A DNA stretch of 49,234 bases from Chlorobiota bacterium (GTDB lineage Bacteria > Bacteroidota > Bacteroidia > Bacteroidales > JAADGE01), in the NCBI GenBank assembly GCA_013153865.1, contig JAADDR010000188.1, positions 1-49,234 on the forward strand, written 5' to 3'. The notes under the pieces were generated by a model. The model did no database searches. It saw nothing but the letters and a program-made list of their open reading frames with translations, and had not been told where the DNA came from. The position numbers and the translations under genes were made by a program. Below, piece by piece: positions 9,744 through 19,045 of the stretch (positions within the stretch are counted from its first letter, which is position 1; every line of letters begins with the position of its first letter).

Positions 9744-10537
9744 CAATACAAAAAACCCTTATAATACTTACCGCAATAATAACGGCAAACTCTGTTAACG
9801 CCCAAAATACCGTATCCGCAAAACTATATTTCCCCCGGGAAATATCGGAAAAAGAACCCCTCGAAATAAAACTCGAAATACACAAACCCGAAAAACTCAC
9901 ATCATACGCAACATTCAAACAAAAAATACCCGAAGGATTCAACATCTCACCGGAAAACACCGCTGACGCAAAAATTACATTCGAAAACAACATTCTTACA
10001 CTTTCGTGGATAAGACTCCCCGACCGAAACACCGTAAACGCAAAATACAAAATAATAAACAACCGCGCAAAACCGGGAACATACAACCTCGGAGGCAACT
10101 TCTCATATATTACGAATAACAAAAAAGGCGAAATAAATATCAAAAACAAAACATTTACCCTAATACCCCGAAAAACAAACACACCGGAAAACAATAACAT
10201 AAAATGCATCAGAAAAAAAATACCGCAAAACAACAAAACACTTACAATAAAAATAAACATCAACGGATTAGAAAATATACCATGCATAATTACGGAAGAA
10301 ATCCCGCCGGGATACAAAATTAAAACCCACAACGAAGAACAAACAGCAACAAAAATCAACAACCGTATAATACAATTCTACTGCAACAAAACAAACAAAA
10401 ACCAACAAAACAAAATAATAACATACACTCTAATCCCCGAAAACAAAAACCTTAACACAACACCACTGATATACGGAAAACTATCCTTTATCAAAAAAAA
10501 CAAAATAATAAACATCCCCGTAACAGACAGTAAATAA
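9740..10537 (+). CDS. Secreted hypothetical protein with two tandem Ig-like/beta-sandwich domains
   Basis: ATGA overlap with the upstream gene; signal peptide ending VNAQ; duplicated motifs FKQKIPEGF / ITEEIPPGY and LGGNFSY / IYGKLSF. Confidence 0.7.
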   Translation: MTIQKTLIILTAIITANSVNAQNTVSAKLYFPREISEKEPLEIKLEIHKPEKLTSYATFKQKIPEGFNISPENTADAKITFENNILTLSWIRLPDRNTVNAKYKIINNRAKPGTYNLGGNFSYITNNKKGEINIKNKTFTLIPRKTNTPENNNIKCIRKKIPQNNKTLTIKININGLENIPCIITEEIPPGYKIKTHNEEQTATKINNRIIQFYCNKTNKNQQNKIITYTLIPENKNLNTTPLIYGKLSFIKKNKIINIPVTDSK

Positions 10538-10575
10538 ACACAACAAAAAATAAATGCAAACTTTTTTCACAATTC

Positions 10576-10607
10576 TTGCACAGAGTTAAAATTTTATTCT
10601 ATTTTTG
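10576..10607 (+). promoter_or_regulatory. Bacteroidota sigmaA-type promoter for the tetR-efflux operon
   Basis: TTG at 10576-10578, 21-bp spacer, TATTTTTG at 10600-10607 matching TAnnTTTG. Confidence 0.65.
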
Positions 10608-10610
10608 CAA

Positions 10611-10624
10611 AGTGAATACTCACT
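10611..10624. promoter_or_regulatory. Putative TetR operator (palindrome AGTGA-ATAC-TCACT)
   Basis: Dyad immediately downstream of the -7 element, over the expected transcription start of a TetR gene. Confidence 0.65.
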
Positions 10625-10646
10625 AACATAACATTTGCAAAACAAA

Positions 10647-11231
10647 ATGAACCTTACCGCACGACAATTAGACATAATAGGAACGGCCGGTAAACTGCTG
10701 ACATCTTTCGGACTAAGCGGGCTGACAGTTAAAAACATAGCAAAAGAAATGCACTTTGCCGAAAGCACGCTGTACAGACACTTCCAAAGCAAAGAAGAAA
10801 TAATAGTCTCAATGCTGCAATATCTTGCCGACAGCATCGACTCAAGACTAAAACAAATAAAATACACGGAAAACCCCGAAAAAAGCCTGAAAATTCTATT
10901 CAAAAACCAACTTAACTTTTTCGCGGAAAACCCGCACTTCGTAGCATCAGTATTCTCAGACGGATTAATGGAAGAAACAGAAAACATTAACAACGCAATA
11001 TCAAAACTCATAAAAATAAAAACAAAATATTTAAGCCGGATAATAACGGAAGGACAACAAAAAAAAATATTTACCGATAAAATACCTGCTGAACTGCTGG
11101 TAAACATAATTATGGGATCTTTCAAACTCCAAATGCTGAAATGGAGAATGGACAATTTCGGCTTCGACATAAAAAAAGAAGGAAACGAAATGGTCAGATA
11201 CTTCCTCATACTTATCCGAAACAACAAATAA
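10647..11231 (+). CDS. TetR/AcrR family transcriptional regulator
   Basis: HTH GLTVKNIAKEMHFAESTLYRHFQSKEEI. ATG at 10647 preferred over TTG at 10635. Confidence 0.92.
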   Translation: MNLTARQLDIIGTAGKLLTSFGLSGLTVKNIAKEMHFAESTLYRHFQSKEEIIVSMLQYLADSIDSRLKQIKYTENPEKSLKILFKNQLNFFAENPHFVASVFSDGLMEETENINNAISKLIKIKTKYLSRIITEGQQKKIFTDKIPAELLVNIIMGSFKLQMLKWRMDNFGFDIKKEGNEMVRYFLILIRNNK

Positions 11232-11251
11232 AAAACAAAAAAATATATATC

Positions 11252-12613
11252 ATGAACAAAATAAAATCAACTAAATTCAAAAAAATGTTAGTTAACACTC
11301 ACAAATTAAAATTCCTTACGGCATTAATCATAACCATGATTATATCCGTACAAAACTATGCACAAACATGGACTCTGCAACAATGCATAGACACGGCACA
11401 AACAAATAACAAAAACCTGCAAATAAGCAAAAACGAAATGCTGATAAGCTCCGAAAAAGAAAAAGAAGTAAAAGCAAACCTGCTGCCAAAAATAAAACTC
11501 GCGGCAGACTACAAATACTTCATAGACCTGCCATACCAACTAATGCCCGCATCGGCATTCGGAGGACCCGAAGGCATATACAATGCCGTGCAATTCGGAA
11601 CACCGCACAACATAAACGTAGGACTGCAAGCAGCATTACCCCTCTATAACCCGGAACTCTACGGAGGAATGAAAACGGCAAAAACAGCCGTAAAACTAAA
11701 CCAACTTAAATACAAAAAAACACAAGAAACAGTTTTTTTCGATATATCAAACTTATATTACAACGCACAAATACTGAAACACCAAATAACATTTATCGAC
11801 AGCAACCTCACAAACACAGAAAAACTGCTCAAAACAGTAGAACTGCTGTATAACCAAAAATTAGCAAAAAAAACAGACGTCGAAAAAATAAAACTGCAAA
11901 AAGCAACCCTTAACACACAACGCGAAACAGCAATGAATAACCTTACACAAATAATAAACCTGCTCAAACTTAACATGGGAATACCCGCAGAAACAAAATT
12001 AGACGTAGAAACAGAAATAAAATACAAAAACAACATCACATACGAACAAAAACAAAACATTGACATCCAAATCGCAGGAACACGAAAAGAACTCCTCGAA
12101 ACCGAACTCAAAACAATCAAAAACAGCAGACTGCCGTCAGTATCGGCATACGCAAACTACTCGCAAACAGGATTCGGATACGACGGAGAACCCGAAAGCT
12201 TCCTCGATTTCTACACAATGTCATTCGTAGGACTGCAAATAACCGCACCAATATTCAACGGAACAGTAACTAAAAGAAAAATAAGCCGAAAAAAAATAGA
12301 AATCGACAACAGCAAACTCCAAACGGAACTGCTCTCCGACCAAAACAATATACAAATCGAAAACGCCGTAAAACAACGAAACATAGCATCAAAAAACATT
12401 GCGGATACCGAAAACCAAATAAACCTTGCACAATCAATATACAACCAAACAATTCTGCAACAAAAACAAGGTGTCGCAAGCCTTACCGACGTATTAATGG
12501 CAGACGGAAAACTCAAAGAAGCCCAACAAGACAATATTGCAGCAATTATTAATTACCTTAAAGCAGACTTAGAACTGAAAAAATTAACGGGAAACATAAA
12601 TTTATCAAAGTAA
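11252..12613 (+). CDS. TolC family outer-membrane efflux protein
   Basis: Signal peptide then WTLQQCIDTAQTNNK; LLPKI and RLPSVS repeats; APIFNG; GVASLTDVL. Start is ATG 11252 or 11285; the track start at 11141 overlaps tetR. Confidence 0.9.
   Translation: MNKIKSTKFKKMLVNTHKLKFLTALIITMIISVQNYAQTWTLQQCIDTAQTNNKNLQISKNEMLISSEKEKEVKANLLPKIKLAADYKYFIDLPYQLMPASAFGGPEGIYNAVQFGTPHNINVGLQAALPLYNPELYGGMKTAKTAVKLNQLKYKKTQETVFFDISNLYYNAQILKHQITFIDSNLTNTEKLLKTVELLYNQKLAKKTDVEKIKLQKATLNTQRETAMNNLTQIINLLKLNMGIPAETKLDVETEIKYKNNITYEQKQNIDIQIAGTRKELLETELKTIKNSRLPSVSAYANYSQTGFGYDGEPESFLDFYTMSFVGLQITAPIFNGTVTKRKISRKKIEIDNSKLQTELLSDQNNIQIENAVKQRNIASKNIADTENQINLAQSIYNQTILQQKQGVASLTDVLMADGKLKEAQQDNIAAIINYLKADLELKKLTGNINLSK
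11290..11303. promoter_or_regulatory. Possible second TetR operator inside the tolC 5' end (AGTTAACACTCACA)
   Basis: 11/14 identical to AGTGAATACTCACT at 10611-10624. Confidence 0.4.
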
Positions 12614-12635
12614 ACAAATAATAAAACTAAATAAA

Positions 12636-13706
12636 ATGAATACAAAGAAAACGATATTATGGATTGTTACTCTGGCAGTAATATTAGCTGTTATGATTAT
12701 TCAACTGAAAAAAAACAGACAAGAAACACTTAACAAAGTCTATCACTACGACAAAAACGCTCCCGTCAGCATACATGCCGACACGCTGAAACTCAAATCA
12801 CTTAACGACAAAACAACATTTTCCGGAATATTTAATCCGAACAAAGAAACAAAAATAAGTGCCGATATCCCCGGAAAAGTAGAAGAAGTATTCGTAAAAG
12901 AAGGAGACTACGTAAAAAAAGGTACTCCGCTGCTGCAACAAGACAAATCTTCCCTGATGCTCGAACTGAAACAAGCCGAAGTCGCACTAAAAGAAATACA
13001 AGACGACGTAAACAGATACTCGGTATTGGCGGAAGCAGACGCAGTACAAGGCGTAAAACTCGAAAAAGCTCAACTCGGATTACAAGCAGCAAAAATTAAA
13101 CGCGAAATACTGCTCGACAAAATAAACAAAACAACCGTCAGAGCTCCCTTCTCGGGAATTATAACAACAAAATTTACCGAAAAAGGAGAATACGCAGCAC
13201 CGGGCAGACCGCTGTTTCAACTCGTTGACATAAACACGCTCAAATTTACCGTAAACGTATCCGAAAACGACCTCGTTTTATTCAAAAACAACAAAACATA
13301 TCCCGTTAAAGCAACAGTATATCCGCAAGACACACTATACGGAAAAGTAATATCAATAGGAAGCGAATCAAACAAAATGAGTCACGATTTCCCCGTACTG
13401 ATGAGCGTAAAAAACACTCCCGACCTGAAAGTAAAAGCCGGAATGTTCGGTAAAGCTCACATAAAAAGAGACAACGAAAACAACGAAAAATACATAATAA
13501 TAGAAGCATCATCACTCATAGGAAGCAATATTCACCCGCAAGTATATATAGTAAAAGACAATAAAGCTTGGTTACAAGACATAGTAATATCAAGCCGATT
13601 CAAAAACAATGTCGTCGTATCTAAAGGACTCAAAGAAGGAGACATAATAGTAACAACCGGCTTCATAAATTTATTTAACGGAGCTAATGTATCAATTAAG
13701 AAATAA
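12636..13706 (+). CDS. RND efflux periplasmic adaptor (membrane fusion protein)
   Basis: N-terminal TM; lipoyl-like GKVEEVFVKEGDYVKKGTPL; VRAPFSGII; KAGMFG; GLKEGDIIVTTG. Confidence 0.92.
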   Translation: MNTKKTILWIVTLAVILAVMIIQLKKNRQETLNKVYHYDKNAPVSIHADTLKLKSLNDKTTFSGIFNPNKETKISADIPGKVEEVFVKEGDYVKKGTPLLQQDKSSLMLELKQAEVALKEIQDDVNRYSVLAEADAVQGVKLEKAQLGLQAAKIKREILLDKINKTTVRAPFSGIITTKFTEKGEYAAPGRPLFQLVDINTLKFTVNVSENDLVLFKNNKTYPVKATVYPQDTLYGKVISIGSESNKMSHDFPVLMSVKNTPDLKVKAGMFGKAHIKRDNENNEKYIIIEASSLIGSNIHPQVYIVKDNKAWLQDIVISSRFKNNVVVSKGLKEGDIIVTTGFINLFNGANVSIKK

Positions 13707-13711
13707 GAACT

Positions 13712-16700
13712 ATGAATATAACAGAAATATCAATTAAACGACCCTCACTGATTATCGTATTATTCGGAGTACTAATACTGCTCGGAGTAATCGGATTCAG
13801 CAACCTGAGCTACGAATTACTGCCGGACTTCAGCCAACCGGTTGTAGTAATAAAAACAATGTACCCGGGTGCAGAACCGCACGAAGTGGAAAATACGGTA
13901 TCAAGAAAAATAGAAGACGCATTATCCAATCTCGAAGGCATAGACTACATGGAAACATACTCTCTGCCCAACGCATCGGTTATTATCGTAAACCTGAAAT
14001 ACGGAACAGACTTGGATAATACAATGCAAAACGCACAAAGATATATAGACAACATAAAAAACGACTTGCCGGACGACATACTCAGCCCACAAATGAGTAA
14101 AGTATCACCTAACGACCTGCCGATTATGTCCATAAGCGCAACTTCAAACCTCCCGGCAACCGTCTTTTATCAAAAAATGAAAGACGATTTCCTCCCGCAA
14201 ATACAACAACTAAACGGAGTTGCCGAAATAACAATGCTCGGAGGCGAAGAAAGAGAAATTCTCGTTAAAGTCGACCAAAAAAAACTGAAACTATACAAAA
14301 TATCGCTGCTGCAAGTCGTAGAAGCAATCAAACAATCAGACATAGACATACCCTCCGGAGAAGTACAAACAAACAAAGAATACCACTCCGTAAGATTTAT
14401 CGGTAAATTTAAAAAAATAGACCAAATAATGAACGTGCAGGTAGCAATGCCGGCACCCGGAAACCCTATTTACCTCAAAGACGTAGCATCCGTTACCGAC
14501 GGGGTAAAAGAAATAACATCGGTAAGCCGCTACAACGGAGTAAACGGAATCGGTATTCTGCTCAAAAAACAAGGCGACGCCAACGCAGTTAACGTATCCC
14601 GGTTAGTCAGAAAAAAACTCAAAGAAATAGAAAAAGAATACGCTAAAGACGGTGTAAAATTTAAAATAGCCGACGACTCCACAACAAATACCGTTGCAGC
14701 CGTAAATTCCGTGGTTGACGACCTGATTATGGCAGTTATACTCGTATCGGTAGTAATGCTGCTGTTCCTCAGAAGCTACAGAAACTCTTTAATCGTTCTC
14801 GTGGCAATACCTACATCTCTTGTTACGGCATTCGCAATGATGTGGATGCTCGGATACACGCTTAACCTGATGACACTGCTCGCAATGTCGCTGATAATAG
14901 GTATTCTGGTTGACGACTCCATCGTTATACTCGAAAACATACAACGACACCTCGACATGGGAAAAGACAAACGAACGGCAGCATACGACGGACGTATGGA
15001 AATAGGTTTCTCCGCACTCTCCATTACCCTTGTCGACGTAGTGGTATTTGCTCCGATACTGTTCCTGCAAGTATTCGTTGCCGGAATGCTAAAACAATTC
15101 TCGGTTGTGGTAATTACATCTACTCTTACAAGTCTGCTCGTAGGATTTACACTCACACCCTGGCTGGCTTCAAGAATAGGAAAAAAAGAAGAACTGAAAC
15201 CCACAAATCCGCTGAACAGATTCTTACTCTGGTTCGAAAAACAACTTAACGCATTTATTGAATGGTACGGAAACCAACTTAAATGGGTACTCGAACACAA
15301 ACTCATCTTCGGAGGAATAGTTATCGTAATCATAATCCTAACGGCAGTTATAATGAAACAAGACATCATAGGCAAAGAAATGATGTCAACAGGCGACCAG
15401 GGAAAATTCAGTCTTAACTTGGAATTCGATAAAACAACAACAGTTCAACAAAACAATATCGTAAGTCAGGAAATAGAAAACTTCATACTGCAACAACCCG
15501 AAGTCTCAACACTGTTCAGCAACATAGCCGGACCGAGTACAAGTATCGGAAGTTTGGGTATCGGTTCTCCTTACATATCCGAATTTACAATACAACTAAA
15601 ACCTTTCGAAGACAGAAAAGTTACTACCATAGCATACATGAAAAGTCTTAAAAAAGAATTGCAAAAACGATTCCCCGGAATAAACTTTTCAATGTCCGTA
15701 CTCGGACTAATACCGAGATCTGCTCCTATTAAAATAACCCTGAGCGGAAGCGACCTCGATTTAGTTATGAAAACTTCCGAAAAATTACAAGACGCAATCG
15801 AGAAAATACCCGGAGCCGATAACGTTCAACTTTCGGTAGAAGAAGGTAACCCCGAATACAAAGTTATTCCCGACAAAGACAAAATGCAACGACTCGGACT
15901 TACAAGCGCATACGTCGGGCTTAACTTAAGAACGGCTTTTAAAGGCAACGACGACGCCGTTTTGGTTGAAGAAGGTACCGAATACCCCATAGAAGTACGT
16001 TTAGACAACTTCGACAGAAGAAATTACGACGACGTAAGAAACATTATCATAATTAACCCGGCTCATGCCCCGGTTAAAGTATCTCAATTTGCCGAAGTCG
16101 TTCAAGACAATTCGCCCTCAATGCTCGAAAGAATAAACAGACAACCCGCAGTTACTCTCACATCCGAAGCATTCGGACGACCCTCTGGAAGTTTGGCGGA
16201 CGATGTAATTAAATACCTCGAAGAAAACCCTTTACCAAAAGGCATTAAATTAATGTGGGAATCGGACGTTAAAACTCAAAACGAAAGCTTCGGGGCATTA
16301 GGCTCGGTAATGCTCATATCATTCATATTAATTTATCTGATAATGGTCGCTCTTTACGACAATTACATATATCCTTTCGTGGCATTATTCGGTATCCCCT
16401 CGGCAGTAATCGGCGCATTCCTTGCTCTTAACTTATCTCTTAACGATATAACTTTATTTGCTCTGCTCGGAATGATTATGCTGATGGGACTGGTTACAAA
16501 AAATGCAATCCTGATAGTCGACTTTACCAACCAGCTTAAAGCAAAAGGTCATACATACAAAGAAGCTCTTATACTGGCAGGAAAAGAACGTATGAGACCT
16601 ATTCTTATGACAACGCTCGCAATGGTTATAGGTATGTTGCCTATCGCTTTGGCTAAAGGTACGGCAAGCGAATGGAAAAACGGTTTGGCATGGGTTATAA

Positions 16701-16807
16701 TAGGAGGATTACTGTCTTCGTTAATGCTTACCGTTTACCTTGTTCCGGTTGTATATTATTTGGTAGATTCAATTAAAGAAAAAATAAACAATCGAAAAAA
16801 TAAATAA
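13712..16807 (+). CDS. RND efflux permease (HAE1/AcrB-type)
   Basis: 1031 aa; SIKRP N-terminus; GILVDDSIVILEN proton-relay pair; GLVTKNAILIVDF; RMRPILMTT. Confidence 0.95.
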   Translation: MNITEISIKRPSLIIVLFGVLILLGVIGFSNLSYELLPDFSQPVVVIKTMYPGAEPHEVENTVSRKIEDALSNLEGIDYMETYSLPNASVIIVNLKYGTDLDNTMQNAQRYIDNIKNDLPDDILSPQMSKVSPNDLPIMSISATSNLPATVFYQKMKDDFLPQIQQLNGVAEITMLGGEEREILVKVDQKKLKLYKISLLQVVEAIKQSDIDIPSGEVQTNKEYHSVRFIGKFKKIDQIMNVQVAMPAPGNPIYLKDVASVTDGVKEITSVSRYNGVNGIGILLKKQGDANAVNVSRLVRKKLKEIEKEYAKDGVKFKIADDSTTNTVAAVNSVVDDLIMAVILVSVVMLLFLRSYRNSLIVLVAIPTSLVTAFAMMWMLGYTLNLMTLLAMSLIIGILVDDSIVILENIQRHLDMGKDKRTAAYDGRMEIGFSALSITLVDVVVFAPILFLQVFVAGMLKQFSVVVITSTLTSLLVGFTLTPWLASRIGKKEELKPTNPLNRFLLWFEKQLNAFIEWYGNQLKWVLEHKLIFGGIVIVIIILTAVIMKQDIIGKEMMSTGDQGKFSLNLEFDKTTTVQQNNIVSQEIENFILQQPEVSTLFSNIAGPSTSIGSLGIGSPYISEFTIQLKPFEDRKVTTIAYMKSLKKELQKRFPGINFSMSVLGLIPRSAPIKITLSGSDLDLVMKTSEKLQDAIEKIPGADNVQLSVEEGNPEYKVIPDKDKMQRLGLTSAYVGLNLRTAFKGNDDAVLVEEGTEYPIEVRLDNFDRRNYDDVRNIIIINPAHAPVKVSQFAEVVQDNSPSMLERINRQPAVTLTSEAFGRPSGSLADDVIKYLEENPLPKGIKLMWESDVKTQNESFGALGSVMLISFILIYLIMVALYDNYIYPFVALFGIPSAVIGAFLALNLSLNDITLFALLGMIMLMGLVTKNAILIVDFTNQLKAKGHTYKEALILAGKERMRPILMTTLAMVIGMLPIALAKGTASEWKNGLAWVIIGGLLSSLMLTVYLVPVVYYLVDSIKEKINNRKNK

Positions 16808-16833
16808 TCAAGTTAACCTTTAATAACATTTTT

Positions 16834-16868
16834 AAGTCCCGGCTTTCATACCGGGACTTTCTTATTTT
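16834..16868 (+). terminator. Intrinsic terminator after the RND gene
   Basis: AAGTCCCGG (16834-16842) / CCGGGACTT (16851-16859) stem followed by a T-rich tract, between convergent genes. Confidence 0.8.
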
Positions 16869-16941
16869 TATGCCAAAAAACAGGATACTTCAAAAAACAT
16901 TATCACTCTTATTCTTAAAACTTTAAATTTCCCGGAATACC

Positions 16942-17874
16942 CTAATAAGAATAATCTTTCGCTTTGCCCGATAACTTATAAAATGCATACATTATAAAAA
17001 TTAATACAAACACCGATATAAACAAAAACGGCAAAGACGAAGACTCAACGCCGAATTTATCGGCTTTATCGTAAACCTCGGTGCCGCCGGCAAAATAATA
17101 CAAACTTACCGCAAGAGCATTATTTACAAAATGAGCCGTAACGGGCATAAGTATATTACCCGACCAAACAAACAAATATCCGAACAATGCACCCAACAAA
17201 AAACGAGGCAAAAATCCGTAAAACTGAAAATGAACGGCACTGAATAAAACCGCCGTAATCAATACTGCGGCATGCACGCTCTTAGTCCAATCTCTCAACA
17301 ACTGCAACAAAATACCTCTGAAAAAAAGCTCCTCTCCTATTGCCGGCAATAAAGCTATAAGCAACAAATTAACAATATAACCGCCGAAAGTATTGACATT
17401 CAAAAATGCTTCGGTCATTTTTTCCGCCGACGACTCCATGGCTTTTATTTTTAACTCCAAAGACGACATACTCTCGGGCAAAGTCAGTTTTGCATTTATA
17501 AATCCCGACAAATTTATAAACGGTACGGAAAAAACAACCGCCGATGCGGCAAGCAAAAATAAAATAAAGCCGGAATCAAACCTTACTTTTAAATATTTCA
17601 ATACATTTTCCGAAAAAAGATAAGCGGCAACTATCGGCGGAATAACAAATATGCCGAAATGCTGAATAAACTGCATATACTTTATAAAAGGCATATTATC
17701 CGGATTATTGATATTTAAAGCATTACCGAAATCAGACAAATCAATACCGAATAAAGGAACGGAAATAATTATTCCTATAATCGAAAAAATCGAAATACTT
17801 GCAACAACCGTAAATAAAAAAAATATAATTTTAATACCCGGATGCGAATCTTTAAAAAAAGGCGTTCTCATCAA
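16942..17874 (-). CDS. CPBP (CAAX/Abi) family intramembrane metalloprotease
   Basis: PAIGEELFFRG, FSAVH and AHFVNN motifs; multiple TM helices. Confidence 0.92.
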   Translation of the reverse strand: MMRTPFFKDSHPGIKIIFFLFTVVASISIFSIIGIIISVPLFGIDLSDFGNALNINNPDNMPFIKYMQFIQHFGIFVIPPIVAAYLFSENVLKYLKVRFDSGFILFLLAASAVVFSVPFINLSGFINAKLTLPESMSSLELKIKAMESSAEKMTEAFLNVNTFGGYIVNLLLIALLPAIGEELFFRGILLQLLRDWTKSVHAAVLITAVLFSAVHFQFYGFLPRFLLGALFGYLFVWSGNILMPVTAHFVNNALAVSLYYFAGGTEVYDKADKFGVESSSLPFLFISVFVLIFIMYAFYKLSGKAKDYSY

Positions 17875-18935
17875 CTCTGTTTTATTTCCTGTGTAAAAAT
17901 AGTTTGCGTAGGAAAAGCAAATTCTAATCCCGACTCGTTAAAACGACTTAAAATCGACATATTCATTTCGTGCATTGCAGACCAAATATCCTCACCTTTT
18001 TTAATATAATAAATATAGCGTATATTTAACGAAAAATCACCGAAACTTTCAAATATCGCTACACAATTATCATCCGTATAAGAACTTTTGCCGTTAACAT
18101 CTTTTAAAATACCGACAGCTTTTAATATATCATCCGGACTTGTATCATAAGTTAACCCCAACAGCAAAGAAACCTTTCGACTCGGCTCCGAACTGATGTT
18201 CTCAATATAAGTTTCGGTAAAATTCTTATTCGGAATAGTAACGGTTCGCCCGGCTAAAGTTTTAAGTTTTGTCGTTCTTAAACCCATATCAAATACCGTC
18301 CCGTCATAACCGTCAATAAGAATCCTGTCGCCTATCTTAAACGGTTTATCAACAAAAACGGTAACTCCTCCGAACAAATTAGCAACGGAATCTTTGGCTG
18401 CCATGGCAAATGCCAAACCTCCCAAGCCCAAACCGGCAAGCAAAGCTCCGACATCGTAACCCGCATTATTAAGCGCTACTACAATTGCCAAAATCCAAAT
18501 TACCGCCTTCAAACTCTTACGTATAACCGGCAACAATTGATCATCCAAATTGCCCTTGGTCCTTTTTACCAACGGCGTTAAATAATCAACAATCAAAGAA
18601 TCCGTCAAACGAACTGCCAGCCACGAAACATCAAAAATAAAAGCAACATAAAATGCTTTATCCGTAAAACCCGAAACCTCTTCGGATAAATTCAAATAAC
18701 TCACGGCAAACCTTATACCCGCCAATACCAATGCCAAAATTACGGGTTCCTCAATCTGGTCAATAATAATATCATCAAGTTTAGACTTGGTCTTTGCGGT
18801 AAACTTTTTAACTATATTACCCGATATCCAATACAACACTTTGGCAAAAATAAATGTCCCGACAATTATCAACAAAGCAATACTCCAGTCTGCAACCGTA
18901 TTTCCGTAAAATGTCTTTTCAAAAAAATCTCCCAT
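17871..18935 (-). CDS. Small-conductance mechanosensitive channel (MscS family)
   Basis: LLAGLGLGGLAFAMAAKD, DKPFKIGDRI, MGLRTT, TIPN, GLEFAFPTQ. Confidence 0.93.
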   Translation of the reverse strand: MGDFFEKTFYGNTVADWSIALLIIVGTFIFAKVLYWISGNIVKKFTAKTKSKLDDIIIDQIEEPVILALVLAGIRFAVSYLNLSEEVSGFTDKAFYVAFIFDVSWLAVRLTDSLIVDYLTPLVKRTKGNLDDQLLPVIRKSLKAVIWILAIVVALNNAGYDVGALLAGLGLGGLAFAMAAKDSVANLFGGVTVFVDKPFKIGDRILIDGYDGTVFDMGLRTTKLKTLAGRTVTIPNKNFTETYIENISSEPSRKVSLLLGLTYDTSPDDILKAVGILKDVNGKSSYTDDNCVAIFESFGDFSLNIRYIYYIKKGEDIWSAMHEMNMSILSRFNESGLEFAFPTQTIFTQEIKQS

Positions 18936-19045
18936 AACTTTTAACTTTATTTTTTTTGCAAATCTATAATCTATTAAACAAAATTTATAAAAAAAACCGA
19001 AAAACTTATTACTTTTATCCTTTGAAATCTAAAAATAACTTAAAA

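Noticed and set aside
9703-11227. Long antisense ORFs (9703-10362, 10586-11227) and many similar shadow ORFs (e.g. 4358-4852, 14776-15375, 36191-36778)
   Set aside because: They overlap well-supported genes on the other strand and are F/V/L/S-rich without motifs. T-poor + strand DNA yields few TTA/CTA/TCA triplets and therefore few antisense stops.
11141-11251. Extended N-termini in the ORF track (tolC 11141, barrel 18956, sensor 4274, tetR 10635, GT4 31497)
   Set aside because: They overlap upstream genes or promoter elements. Downstream ATGs give proper signal peptides or family-typical starts.
10576-16868. Efflux cassette as a mobile element or named resistance determinant
   Set aside because: No integrase, transposase or terminal repeats were seen, and substrate cannot be inferred from the sequence.
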